This document shows, piece after piece, positions 29,508 to 43,067 of a stretch of DNA of 64,000 bases. The DNA is from Auanema rhodensis (lineage: Eukaryota > Animalia > Nematoda). The notes under the pieces are model-generated. The model was not told where the DNA came from. It ran no database searches and worked only from the letters and a program-made list of their open reading frames with translations. Numbering within the stretch: position 1 is the first letter of the stretch; every line of letters starts with the position of its first letter. The stretch spans positions 8,990,001-9,054,000 of the forward strand of contig OZ059894.1 in the NCBI GenBank assembly GCA_964057225.1, given 5' to 3'. A program made the translations under genes and the position numbers.

Positions 29508-30425
29508 GTGAAGACTTTCGACCTTTCGGCTGAAAAAAATTAGAAGAAAATTTGCAGGAATTGATTTGACAGGTTTACATTATAATCTGCCCAGTTTGAA
29601 GTTGTGAAAGTGATAGAAATATCTTGTTTCAAAAACATTATACATACATATATACGTTTGAACTTAAAATAGTAATTTGAGACTTTTATCAGAAAATACG
29701 AAAAACGTTTGATGAAAAACAATACTAAGTTGTGTTGTCCAGTTATCAACTAATACTAAGCTGCTTATTTTTCGAGCTGATCCCTGAAAAGTCCACTAGA
29801 ATGGCTTCCCTGTAATCCTTATCTATTGAATAGTTTGAAGGTTGTTTAAAAGGAGAAAGCTATTGTGTAGCAGGTTTTTATCAGTATAATTTTGATTTTC
29901 TTGGTCTCATAACTCATTTTTTTCCGGACAATATGTATCAGACATTATCAGAACTTTATGTACTTAAAATGAAGAAGAAGCGAATGACACCAATTGATAG
30001 GTGGGATCAGAAAATAAGAAATTATTATAATTTTTAAAAATTATTATAAAAGTATAGTATAGTATAATCTATTGAATATTATTAAATTATACATTAATTA
30101 TATGTTATAGACCTATTTTAATATTGTTTGAGATCAAAGAATAAGGTTTTATTTAATATTTAATAATTAAATTAAAACAATTTTTTAAATTTTTTATATA
30201 AAAAATTCATAAAATACTTTCTATAGACCCGTACGGAATAATATTGAGATGTTCCGAAATAAGTTGAGATACATGATACATGTTTGTTTAAAGGAATCTA
30301 GAAAGAGATAAGAAAAAAAGTGAGATTGGAAGAAACAAGAGGAAGAAGTAAAAAGCAGAGGACAAAGGGTACAAGCTAATAGCTTGAAGTGATATCATAG
30401 GATTGAATATAATATTTCTTTTCTT

Positions 30426-33400
30426 CTAAACAAAGACTGTCATTTCGCTATTTAATGGATTTGTTGCTACACCCGTGCTCAATTCCAAGGCTACTTTACT
30501 CTCATTTCCAATTGCCATATTGTTTCTGAAAAATGAATTTTCCAATAAAAATCGGGAGAAGAGGAAATTTGATTTTAAAAATGAAAATTGGCCTACCTAT
30601 AGATCATTGCTTCAGTATGCTTGTGCGTATATGCTGGAGAAGTACAACGAATTCCGAATACTTTGAACACTTGACTCCTTAATTTGATATTCTTTGGTTT
30701 ACGATGGCAATTGCTTAAACATCACATACCTAATACTTGCTGAGCATATTAACAACAAAGCTACATTAATAGAAGAATTAGTACAAAACAGCATCATTAC
30801 TGTCCAACCAGCCCATTTACCTTCACCTGTAAATAGATATTTTTAAAGTATAATACGGTAATAATGTGAAGACTGATTGACGACAGTTTTTGTTTTTTCG
30901 CCTTTCTTCACGCATTTTTGACAACTTACCTGTTCCATAGGTGATAAGAACTTGACCAAACACGAACATGATGAGATTGATGACGCAGGGCAACAGTAAC
31001 CTGAAGATGTTGTTTAGATTCTGACATATAAGATTGTATGTTAGAGCGATTTGATCGCTCCAGAAGCTCATGTGCTGTACAGGACTATATAGATTTCAAG
31101 GTCATTTCTGTTTCTTTTCAAATCACGATGCTTTCCCTAATTACAATGAAATATCATCATTTTGAACAATTGAAAGATGATATTTAAAATCTTGTAACAT
31201 TGTAATTATGTTTCTAGGAACTAAAATTAACTTTTTGATTTCAAAAAAATTGAAGTAGAGGGACTAATTGAAAGTTTTTTTCAACTTCAACTGAATTATC
31301 TTCTCTTTAAAATTTTGAAGAAAAAAAAATCAGTTTCACCTGCTTTCAATATTGTTGTGTATATGTGCTATAGGTGTTGAACTAATCACACTATTACGAC
31401 GTCGTCGTATCAATAGTATCAATGACCAACTGAAAATGTCTGTTTATAGATACATTCTTATATGATTTCTGATATAAAACATACTTATAGAAGATACATG
31501 GTGGGATAATGGCTAGGATATGGAAGCCAAGAAACATAGCGGATTGTCCGCCGCTCATATATAAGTCAAAATCTTCAGCTAACATTCCATATGATGATGG
31601 ATCGTAGTAGAATGTGACATACCACGGTTGAAAATGAGTACATAAAACCTGAAAGTACATGAAGAACTATATATATTTCTTACAACTTCAAAGCATAACC
31701 AAAGATTCGTTCATAGATTGCCTTGAAAAATTCACTTTTATTTCTATTGATTATCACGATTAAAGAATTGTCAAGATGATAACAGGAGAATATATGTATA
31801 TTGCTATTATGAGATGAATTTATATTTCCCGCCAATCACAAAATGCTTCAAGTTTAGATTATACTTTGTGATATAATTTGCCTTCAGGGTGTTTTTTTGC
31901 TTCTCCGATAATACTCTCGCTCTCTTCTTTCTTCTCTGTACTATAGGCCCTGAGCCGTCTTCCCACCTAGTATTCGATCATACAAAGATAATCATCAGTT
32001 TATTCTATCGTTTTCCTGCCAACTAGGTTAGCAAAAACTATAGAAATATCAGGTGATAAAATGATAAGTCCTTCAAAAGTATGAACTTTGGCTTGAACAA
32101 TTCTTAGTCATTGTTCTACGTTTTTTTTAATTTTTAACTTGAAAAATCCTTTGAAATTTTTTAAAAATCAGTATTTTCATGAGAAATTTACCTGAATAAG
32201 AGATATAATATGACAGAATGAGCATAAAATATATGAAGTTCGTCTTGGTTGACTTCTGAAGTCAATAGGTTGACGTATAGCTGACCATCGTGACCAGGCT
32301 ATTAAGCTGTAATGCCATACCATTGAAAACCAAGCCCAGTCCAAATATAACTAGAAATGAAATAATATTATATCTGAAAACGAATCAACTAATAATCTAA
32401 CCTGTAGCCAATGTCTTAATGGTTTTGAAATAATTTCTGATTTAAATAAAATGGTTAAACCTGGCCAAATGCCATAGTTAATCAGTAATAATATGTCACA
32501 CAATCCAGCAGATATTAAAAAACGATATCCAACAATTTCCTGAAAAATTAAAAATCATTAATTTAATTAAAATAAATTTTTTTTATTTATAAAATGAAAA
32601 ATATTAATAATCAGGTCTATCTATTTCTAGTATTTTGCATTGTTTTCATGCATGAAATCCGATTGTCCTTAATGGACTACAACTTACATATCTAATGCAA
32701 TCAACACATTAGAAATCTTCGTAAAAGGAGAGAAATAATCTTTTCTATTCATTAACTTGAAGTTCATTCTATCCTATATAACATAAAATTGAGAGCAAAT
32801 CAAGAAATCTGTTTCTTTTGCAATCCAAGTTTTGAATTTTGTTTTCAAAGCGATTTTCGTTCTTAGTTTAAATCAATCAAAGCTCATAATATTTTGTTTT
32901 CGAATTAATTTTTAAAATTAAAATAATATTTTTCTTATTATGAATTATTAAAAGTATTAAAAATATTAATATTAAATAATTTAAAAATATATTATAAAAA
33001 AAAAGAAAATCATTCTTTAGCTCAATCAGTTCATTTATCTTATAAATGGCACGAAAGCAGTTTCCGCACTTCTTCTTATGAACTAGACGATGAAGCTTTT
33101 AGTTAAACGTAGAAGCAAAATCTCTTCCCTTATTTCAGTTTTTTCTTGACAATTTTACAAATAGCTTCCGCATTACATAGGATTTTACTCCTTTTTTTTC
33201 TTATTTATATGCACATGATTTCATTCTGCGAATAAATATAAGATGGTAATATAATAAGTAAGATCGTTGTTTTGATGATAACATTGATTACAAGAAAAAC
33301 TTTAAAAAAATAGCTGCTGAATCATACCTTGTCTTGTTTTCTCATCGTTCGAATTAAAATAATATATAATCCAATGGATAGCATTCCAACAAGTAATAAT

Positions 33401-33462
33401 GAGCCTCCGGCTAAAAAATCTTCCATATCCAGAGGCTCTTTATACCATAGCGGATCATGCAT
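30426..33462 (-). CDS. 7TM serpentine receptor (Srx-like nematode GPCR)
   Basis: Spliced product MHDPLWYKEPLDMEDFLAGGSLLLVGMLSIGLYIILI...GYRFLISAGLCDILLLINYGIWPG...HYSLIAWSRWSAIRQP...FYYDPSSYGM...ESRLLLPCVINLIMFVFGQ...MLFCTNSSINVALLLICSASIR...EMTVFV*. It has seven hydrophobic segments and a TM3 (S/N)R.xAI motif. The family assignment is inference. Confidence 0.8.
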
Positions 33463-35831
33463 GCCTATAAATAATCTAGTTATATCAGTTTATATATATA
33501 TAGTTAAGAATGATATTCAACAACTAAAAATAAATAGTTAAGCTATGTAGATGTGTTTTTCTTTAACCATAGACTACACCATTTGGGTATCAAAGATGAG
33601 CACGACATAAGCTTCAAGGTTGGAGTTAAGCTTTAGCCAATGCTTATTCGTTGTCTAAGAGCATGGGGTAGCAGAAAAATGCATTAGGACCAAAAAATGT
33701 TTTTTAATAGAAATTTGTATGAAAATACTCCGGAATTCTGATGGATTACCATTACATTATGGGCAGGATAAAAGGGATAGGTTGAACATGAATTAAACGA
33801 AAACGCAAAATAAGATAGGTAATTTTTTTTTTTGAAATAAGACACGTGAATTAAAATTAAAAAAAAAGAAGAAGAATAGAAAAAATAACATGTGCTGATG
33901 CAGTTGAACGGAAGAAAAACCGAGTCTAATGATGACACAACCGTGCTGTTCGTTTTTTGAAATAAAAATAACAGTAATGCATACGTGAAAACGTGAAAAG
34001 CGTGTAATCTGCTTGTGCTGAATTCTAATTTCGGTTTCAACACACAATTCACGTGTACTCTTCTTCACTTCGATAATCAACACTGTTAAGAAAATGTGAA
34101 GAAAAGTATGATGTGCAAAGACATAGACATAGAAGAGAAGCTATTCCACAAATGGATACATATAGAATGAAGTATTGCATTATTTCAAAGATTACTGAAT
34201 AGTTCAACACTAATTCCATACATCTGATTTTGAATTACAAATATTCATGAAAAGAGAAAATGAAGACACATACATACATATATCTATGAGCTCAGATTCC
34301 ATAAAGTAAATTATTTGATCTCAAAATTGTTTATTATACTAACGAAATGAACGAATGTTAATGAGTTTGAGCTTTTGCATATTATGCTTTAACATAATCA
34401 TCAAAAAACTTCTTTTTCAATGAGAAATAGATGCTTGGAAACATCTGATTTCATTGATTTATATGAGACGTTTTGTCCAAAAATTTTAAATTTCTTGTTA
34501 GCGTTATTGATTAGACTTGTAACAATGGAGTTGTGACTTCCGTTCCTGAATTCAAACTTGAGTTCAGAGCTAATTCAAGTAGCAGATCAAGCAGATTTCT
34601 TCCTTTAATTTTTTTTTCTCAAAATCACACATTACGTAGTTGTACATATTATATTATAAATATCGTTGAGATGTGCATACATGTTAAAGAAGACATTTTG
34701 CATATTTGCAGGAAAAAATAAGAACTTTTCAGGTTTCCTTTTGATCTTCAAGTTCTTATTTTCCTTTTTAAAACCAGAGATTATGTTTTCCAGGTTTTCA
34801 ATGTTGAATCTTAGTTCAAGATATTGAAATTTCGTATTGAGCATAGTAGGATGACTCTCTATTCTCTCTCTCATCCCATCCCTATTTCTTCTCATCACCC
34901 CCCCCCCCACCTCTCTCTTCATCCTACCACGAGAGATAGAAGAGAAGAGCCTCTATATCCATTTTGAAAAATAAAATAAAACATATATATAAACTAGAAC
35001 GTATTTGTACTTGACAATTTCTACTCATCAATCAAAATAAAATGAATTTTCATTCATTAGACGAAAAATACCTAAAACCCCCCCTCTTGAATAGTCATTC
35101 ATTGATCTGTGAAGCAGAAAAAAAAACGAATGGATATGGCACATGATTATGGTTTCATATCATGAAGTTACGAATATTTTTTTAATATTCCTTTTTCAAC
35201 AACATGTGCTATAAACAGAATAACAACTATTTTTTTTTGTTGAATTCTAAAATAAATGTATAGTTGAGGAGAGAGAGAAGCCAGAATGAAAAAAAAAAGT
35301 TAAATTTGGCTTCCAAGATATAGGATCATTTTTTGAATTTCGCATTGAAAAACGTAAGAAGTACAAATTAAAACAAATAATATGTTTATAATGTGTCAGT
35401 TTCTTATAATGAAACATGAAATGTTTTCCGATTTAATGTTTTATACTCATTTTTCCCATCAATAGCATGAGAATGAACATGAGATAAATGTAAAAATCAT
35501 TAGAAATTTGTAAGAAGAACCTATGCTCTAATTCAAATAAATGGCTGAAATTCAAGAAATAACATCTGTTCTTATAAATTCAAAGGTTTTTTTTTGAATT
35601 TTCTACGGTTTTCAGTTATATTACTCAAACGGGATGTCTCAAAATTCAATGTGCGACAAGGAGAATTTTTTTTTCAAAAACAAACAATGTTTTTCAAAAA
35701 AAAAAATAGTCCAGATGTGTAAGAGTTCTCTTACCCTTATCAAATGAATTTCACATTTCAGATGATATATTATTCCATTTGGAAATGAAACAAGAAGAAA
35801 GAGAAAACGGATTTACCTGGTAAACGGCGGT

Positions 35832-36050
35832 GTGGGGCATATCGACGACCACGATAATTCGACAGCATTTCTTCAAGATTTTGTATCTATTGAGAAGGTT
35901 GCCCACTTCTCAATACGCAAGAAAACTGCTGTTCGTCTAATGTAAGTAGTGTCCGTAAAACGGAGTTCAGCGGAAATGCAAATCTCGTTTAATTATTTTC
36001 GTTGGGAGACCCAAAAACGGGGCGGTGCTAGCTATTGCTCCCATTAGCTC
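35832..36050 (+). ncRNA. Candidate structured non-coding element, copy 2
   Basis: GC-rich island with a perfect hairpin TATTGAGAAG-gttgccca-CTTCTCAATA (35888-35915) and a TCCG/CGGA hairpin. A T7 run follows at 36070-36076. Homologous to 29262-29507 in inverted orientation. Confidence 0.45.
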
Positions 36051-39000
36051 CTGGCCAGCCCACTATCAATTTTTTTGAAATCTATATTAGATCTCTGTGT
36101 GAATCGAGTAAAGCAACTATGAAATCACATCTTAAATCAATTATTCTTTTACTCTCAAGCTGTATTTTTGAGCATATCAAGAGATTTTTAAGTATATTGT
36201 TCTCTCTTAGCCGAAATCAGAACACTGATTGCAAAAGGCTAAATTCAATTTTCGGCAGAAATGACTGTGATGAAGTCAAATATAAATTAGTCAGGATATG
36301 CTGAACATTGTAATGAGAACGAAAAAATCAATAGGAAATTGGCAACATATACGGTTTCAGCGGAAAACATTTCGGAAAAGCAAATTGGCAAGGAGGTCAG
36401 TACTGATTCAGAAGCGTAAAATCCCCGCTTAACACGTAAGACGAAATAGAATTTATACTACTTGAAGCTCCAAAAACAATCACGATAGAGTTTATAAAGT
36501 AATTAAAAGTATACTTAATGTATCTTTTCCTTTAAATACCTAAACTGGTATTTAGTTACAGCTGTATTATGTCATAACTTCAAAGTTAAAATCATTAAAA
36601 TAATATTTTTCTTAAAATTCCTCTAATCTAACCAGTTTTTTACATGACATGATCTAACTTCAAGTCGAAGATATTTGTCATCAACAGACTATTCTGCAAA
36701 CATTATTCTGTTTTTATTAAAACTTTTCTGAGGTGTTTTCTAAATGAACATCACTTTCAAGTTTCTACTACCAAGTTTCTATCTCGTCATGCTCTTCAAG
36801 CTCCCATTTCATTTCATTTTTCTTCATAAATTCTAAATGTTTTGCTATACATATATTCACAGAAAAGCAGAAAGAACTTGAAAAAGAAGAGGAAGAACTT
36901 TGTATTCGTTGTATTATTAAAGTATTTTTCATATTTAGCTATATGTATAGTTAATAATATTTCGTATATATTTCGAATTCAAAAGTTTCCATTATAACTT
37001 TATTTTTTCTTTTTCATGGTCTATGAAGCTTAACTTTCACTTTGAGGGAAAGGTATAGTATTATATATCGTCCTCACGAGAATGAGATTATTTCAAAGGA
37101 TTCGAAGTTAAAATAGGAAACTTGAATTCAAAGTCAGCCAAGTCTTACAAGATGAAAGCTCATTCAGCTGATCATTGGCAAATTCAATTTTAACAAAATA
37201 CATACACATGTCTATATAAATTATATTTTTCTCTTTTTAGTTTTATTTTATACTTTAATTTTCGAAAAAAAAAGAAACAATATATAATATTCTACTTAGG
37301 GTAAGCTTTAAAGCATAAAGCTGGTAATTCTCGCGTTCATGCTTATTAACTTATAGTTAATTACTCAACAAAAAAAATTAAAATGTCATCTTTGAACTAA
37401 TTTCAAAGAACGAAAATGAGTAGTACGTTTTCATAGTTACAGCTCAACAAAAGTATACTATAACTACTAAAAACTAAGCTTAATAGTTAATTTCAATGAA
37501 AAATTATTGTTTTACTATTACTTTTGATTATTTGATCTTTTTCACGTTAGTTATACATATCAACTAACGTTGTGAGTCTTCAAAAATTGAAAATAGTATG
37601 TATGTTAAGTTGAAGACAACGACGACGACGGCGACGACGACATACATACATAGATTGTTAAATACTATAATACGAAATTTTAAATGCAGATTATGTTGAA
37701 TTATCTCTTCTCTATACCGGGAGGCCTCGCAGCTTTTATAATTGAAAATGAATCAAAGCTCGAGGAGACAGAGATGAGCTTGATAAGAAGAAATATTGCC
37801 TTCACATTAGTATATCGTCTTTTTTGGGGCTTTTTCCGCATTAAGAATCAAAAACTCATCTTTGATGAGAAACAACGTGTTTTAACAGAATAATCTTGTG
37901 TTTTTGATTAATATTAGCGAATAGTTGAAAGAAATTTTCTTTTTTTTCTGAGATTCCTAGTTTATCCCATATCTCATTCCATGCATATAGCTTCCATGGA
38001 TCTTAATACTATGATGATGTGATGATGAAAAACAAATATTATTGTCACTTTTTTAAAAGAAAACAAATATTCAGTTTGCTTCTTTTGAGAAAAAAAGCGA
38101 AAAGTACTTTAGTACATCTAAATGGGTTGCTATGAAAATGATTCTGATGGGCAGATGGGATTTGAAATGTTCCAAAAATGGGAATTTGATACCAAAAGGA
38201 CATTGAAAAATCGTGAAAGAAAATGATACGATGTTGACATTGGAGAAATAGAAATAAACTTTTTTTTCAGCTATAATGAGACCTTTCTTAACAAGAAAGG
38301 CAGTTTTTCTGAACAATTCAACTGAATTTTAATTTTTTAATATTTTGAAAAAAAAGGAAAAAACAATTGAAAAAAGCTTAAATTTTGCAAAAAAAAACTA
38401 AATTATACTTATGAAACAATAAAAAAATAATAAAAGAAAGTATTTAAAAAGTAAATGAGAGATGAGAGAGAAGAAGAATTTTCGCAACCGTCCGCAACAA
38501 TTGCAAATTTAAAAATAAAATTTATTTGCACGTGAAATGAATAATGCACGTGAAACTACGGCCTTAACGTAATGAATCTTCTCTCTATCTTCCATTTCTG
38601 ATTTGTAGTTTTTTCTTCTTTTCTTCATGAAAAAAAGATAGCGGAAATACAATGTTATCATTTGAAATGAACATAAATTGGATGAAAATTGCAACAATAA
38701 ACATTTGAAAATTTGATATAATCACTATATATTATGACATTTAGCTATATATATACATAGACATATATATCCGTTGTATATGTCTTAAAGCTAGAATTAA
38801 TACTTTCAAAAGCACACCAAAAATCATTTATATTGAGAAATTTATTCTTTTTTCTAAGTTCTTTTCATCTTTTTCACAAAATTTTCTGCAACTTTTTTCA
38901 TGTGGAACTATTCTCTTCTTTGTTGCTTTTTCAAAGAGTTTGAAGTGACGTCAAGATTGAATGAATAGCAGAAGGGGGGGGGGGGTTCATCGATTTGATA

Positions 39001-42000
39001 TGATATTGCTCGATCAGAGACTGTATATTGACAAAAGTGGCCAACAGGAAGTTGGGTGGGTGGAGATGAAAGGAAGTACTGGATATGATTGCGAAACTTG
39101 ATAAAAAAATTAAAAAACAAAGAAAATACTAGAGAAAAGTTATAAAAAAGCTTCTGTCTGTAATCTATGTATATGATGAAGCTGCTGCGAAACTACCATC
39201 TGATACTCTCTAATGGTTTGCTGCTGTTATCAGCTTCTCTTCATTTCTTCTGAATGTCTAAATGACAATTCGTATATGCTGCACAGCTTACATCTTAATA
39301 GGCTTATACAACCTAACGTAAAGATGACATCAAGAAGAGACGATACTGTTTAAACGCAAGTAAGCTTAATAGAGTCACAGAATTGAAAGCCAAAATGTGT
39401 TTGTATTTGTTTCAAAGTATTAAGCCAGAAGATTAAAAATAAGTTTGATAATTGAAAAATAATAATAAGAGGTAAAGTAAGTAGATGTGTTTATTACGAC
39501 GAAAATCAAGAAATTAACACATAAAAATTAAATTTTGAGAATGAAAATACTATCCTTATCTTATGATTCCTACTGAACCTGTGATATAAGATAGAATATC
39601 GTAACAAAAACGAGAGAGAGAGAATAGAGAAAGAGAAGACCCAAACGAGGTGAGCTCATAGCTCATTCAGTTTTACAATGAAATAGTCATTTTTTTAGTT
39701 AATCAATTATCAGAAATGGCAAATAAGCTTAGAAAGCGGCTGATTGGCAGATGTTTGAAGAGCAAACTAAGTGAAACCTAAGAATATGGTTAGATTAACT
39801 ATGCGAGAATGAACAGTTGATGAGTTGAACTGAGAAAATGTTCCTACTTAGGAAATTCCAAAGAGACACCTTCTTAAACTGAATAGATAAGTGAATGCAT
39901 AGTGCTTACTTATAATATTATAGTAAGTATCTTTTCCACCAAGATGTTGAAGTTATTATTTGGCAACATTCGAGAATATAAACGAAGCACGAAGAAGCTG
40001 AATCTGTTGTGTCTTTTAGATTATTTTTTGATCCAACTACGAACATCATCAGCAGCATTGTTACTTCCAAAAATTTCTGATTAAAAACACATGACACGTC
40101 CACGCTCACATGTGTACATATGAGAATATCATGCTCGGATCAAACGATGAAGCAAGAAAAAAGAGGAGAATAGAGAAGAAAAGATCAATTATATGTTATA
40201 ACAGCTTCTCATGTTTTAACTTATACTTTCTGATAAAAATTAATAGAATTACATGTATATTCCAAAGATCTACTTTATGATTTGACATTTTTCTGATTAT
40301 CTTCACAGCAACGTCATTGAGATGAATGACAAAATATCAGTTTAATCCACTAGTATGATGATTGGAAGATATAAATGTTGTTGCTCTAGTAAACCAAAAT
40401 CTGATTTCATCACAATGTCATGGGAATTTCAATAGGTATATACACACACACACATACACATTTTGTTCGAAATAAACCAAGGAATACACTATAGAAATGT
40501 GTCGGAATACTGAAGTAAAACATGAAAGAAACAACTGGAATCAATGACAAATTTGGTTGATTTTCACGACAAATACGGAAAACATCTGAGGATTGATAGC
40601 TAATCTGTATTGTACGTTGTTCACATACACCATACCCACAGCATAGCATGACCATGTAAGCGAAAAACAGTTTGTTTGAAACAAAAAAAGTTGTGAGAAA
40701 ATGAACTGGCTTGTTTCAGATGGCTATTGTAAACCAAAAACTAAAAGAATAACTTGCAAACTAGGAAAGGTGACACGACGAGTAAGTATGAGCATGGATA
40801 AAGCGGATAAAGAGAAGAAGTGTAGGAGGAAGAAGATAGGAAGAGGAAGCGATAGAGTGAATGAAAAAAAAATGAAAAGAAACACAACCAAGGCCTAATT
40901 CTAGCGATATTTATCTTTGAAGATCAGTAATACTTAAGAATGGGAATAGGAATTCCTTTTACTATATATAGATAGAATACTATAAAATTCAGATGAAAAA
41001 CATGAATATTGCATCATGGTGTTGGTCATAAGCAAACGAGAGAAAGCCAGACTTTGCAATCTAGAATTATGACATAGACAAGAGGATCAGATATCATTAT
41101 ATGCAACGTAGATACATCAGAGAAACTCAGCAAAAAAGACAAGAGAATGACTTCCTGGGCCAGGTATGTCTTGGTATTTCAAGCTATTGACAAATGCTTA
41201 GAAATAGAAAAACACTGAGTGGATTTGGTTAGTTCATACCGAAATCCGGGGCAGCTGAGAATGTTGAATTGGGCGCAAAGCTAGTCATTTGATATCTAGC
41301 CGACACAAACGTAAAAAATGAGCATCATCAAGCTTGAACAATGAACAACAAGCTTCGAGATACATTGAGAAAATACAAAATTTTTTTTCTGTCGAAATGA
41401 AAAAAATTGAGTCATGAATTGGCTGGTAGTACGAGTAAGTGTCTAGGTCACACGGTTCTTTGGCGTAAATGAGAAAACGGAGGGATAGAGAGAAGCTATC
41501 AAGAGCTATTGAGATACTTCTTTGAACTGAAAGAAACATAAACTTTTAGGATTATTATCATAAAATATACATATGAATATATATAATAAGTTTGAAAGAA
41601 AGATAAATCATAGGAGAAGGGGCTAGTTCAAAGGATAAATATCGCAAGCTAATGCTTTTTCTATTTCTCAGGTGTATAAACACTAAATCTGCATAATATT
41701 GAAAGAGAATAGACAAATAAAATGACTTTACTTGTACACACGTGTACAGGAATTAATGAGAAATTTGAAGGAATATGACTCGAGCATTATTCAGGCCAGG
41801 TCAGTCTGAACTAAGATTAACAACATTGATGGACTTCGATCGGTACTTTAAGCGGATGGGAAAAACTCGATGGAGATCAAATCGTATTATTCGCGGCAAA
41901 TTCAAATAGATTACTGAATGAACTTTTTTTTTCTTCCAACAGTTCATTCTCTGTTATATAGTATTCAGTTTTACCTCTAAACGCTTTGAAGATAAGAATA

Positions 42001-43010
42001 TGTTTTAAAATTTCTTAAAGCATTTTCAAGTTGGAGCAAGCATGCTTAGTTAGAACGTTGTGAAGCCAAAGACTAAGAATCCAACTTTTAGTCTTAATCC
42101 TGTGCTCTTCTTGTGTTTGAAGACGTAGGTATGTCTAAGCAGAAAGAATGAAGACGAGAAGAGTCTAGCTAATCTGGCCAAAGAGACATACAAAACATAA
42201 AAAGTAGACGTAGATTTTAGCAAAAAAAAGATGAAAAGAAACAATAAAAACCTGAGAATAAAAGATTTTAAGTAATACATAGTATAAAAAACGAATTATT
42301 CATAACATATTAGTGATGAATTGAAATATATTTTTTTGTTTTCAGACGAGACCAAACCAGACAGTTTTTTTTGGGTTTTGAGTACTATACACGATAAGTA
42401 TGTAGACGTCACTGACGTATTTACCAGACACAGACATCTTGTAAACGTAAGCATTAACTGTTTGAAGAATAGTAAAGAATATCTTCATCTATCTTCTTTA
42501 AAGTTCAAATTCTTTTTTTCATTTCAAACTTGAGAGCTTTAAGTGGCTAATGCTGAAACTTATTTTGAGACAAATAAAAAAGTAAACAAAGTTAATTCTC
42601 ATTATATATTGCATAAAGTATTTTTTACTAAATTTTGATGAAAATAAAAAAAATTTTGTTGGAAAAAGAAATTCGATAAAAATTAAATTATAATTTCTAC
42701 ACTTAATATAGCATAATTATGTATATTATACTCAATATTTAAAGAATCATTTAATCTACCCCCTTCTTAACTATTTTGCATGGACCGGTTATATTACTTA
42801 GATTGAAATGAGGAAAAAGTCAAACAATGAAATATTCAAAGAATTAAAAAATGAAAATTAATGTATTGGAACATCATGTATTCACAGTGTTCAATGAAAT
42901 CGTAAAAAATATAATCGCTCAGTATGACAGTGAAGAACTTATGGAACTTTCTTAATACAAATATTAAAAAAATACCTTCATGCCTGTTGTAGTAATCGCA
43001 TTGAAATGAG

Positions 43011-43014
<4 letters not shown>

Positions 43015-43067
<53 letters not shown>

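Noticed and set aside
29466-29525. Type II hammerhead-like arrangement on the minus strand (GTC-GAAA...CTGATGA-GAC)
   Set aside because: The cleavage-site residue would be G rather than H, stem I does not form cleanly, stem II is only 3 bp, and the paralog at 35.8 kb lacks CTGATGA.
35811-35915. U1 snRNA resemblance (ATTTACCTGG, GACCACGATA, GTTGCCC loop)
   Set aside because: There is no proper stem-loop I or four-way junction, the spacing is wrong, and the 5' motif is absent in the paralog.
35766-35941. Open frame ending at a GTAAGT donor (IYLVNGGVGHIDD...)
   Set aside because: An in-frame TGA follows the only good acceptor, no partner exons were found, and the frame is not conserved in the paralog.
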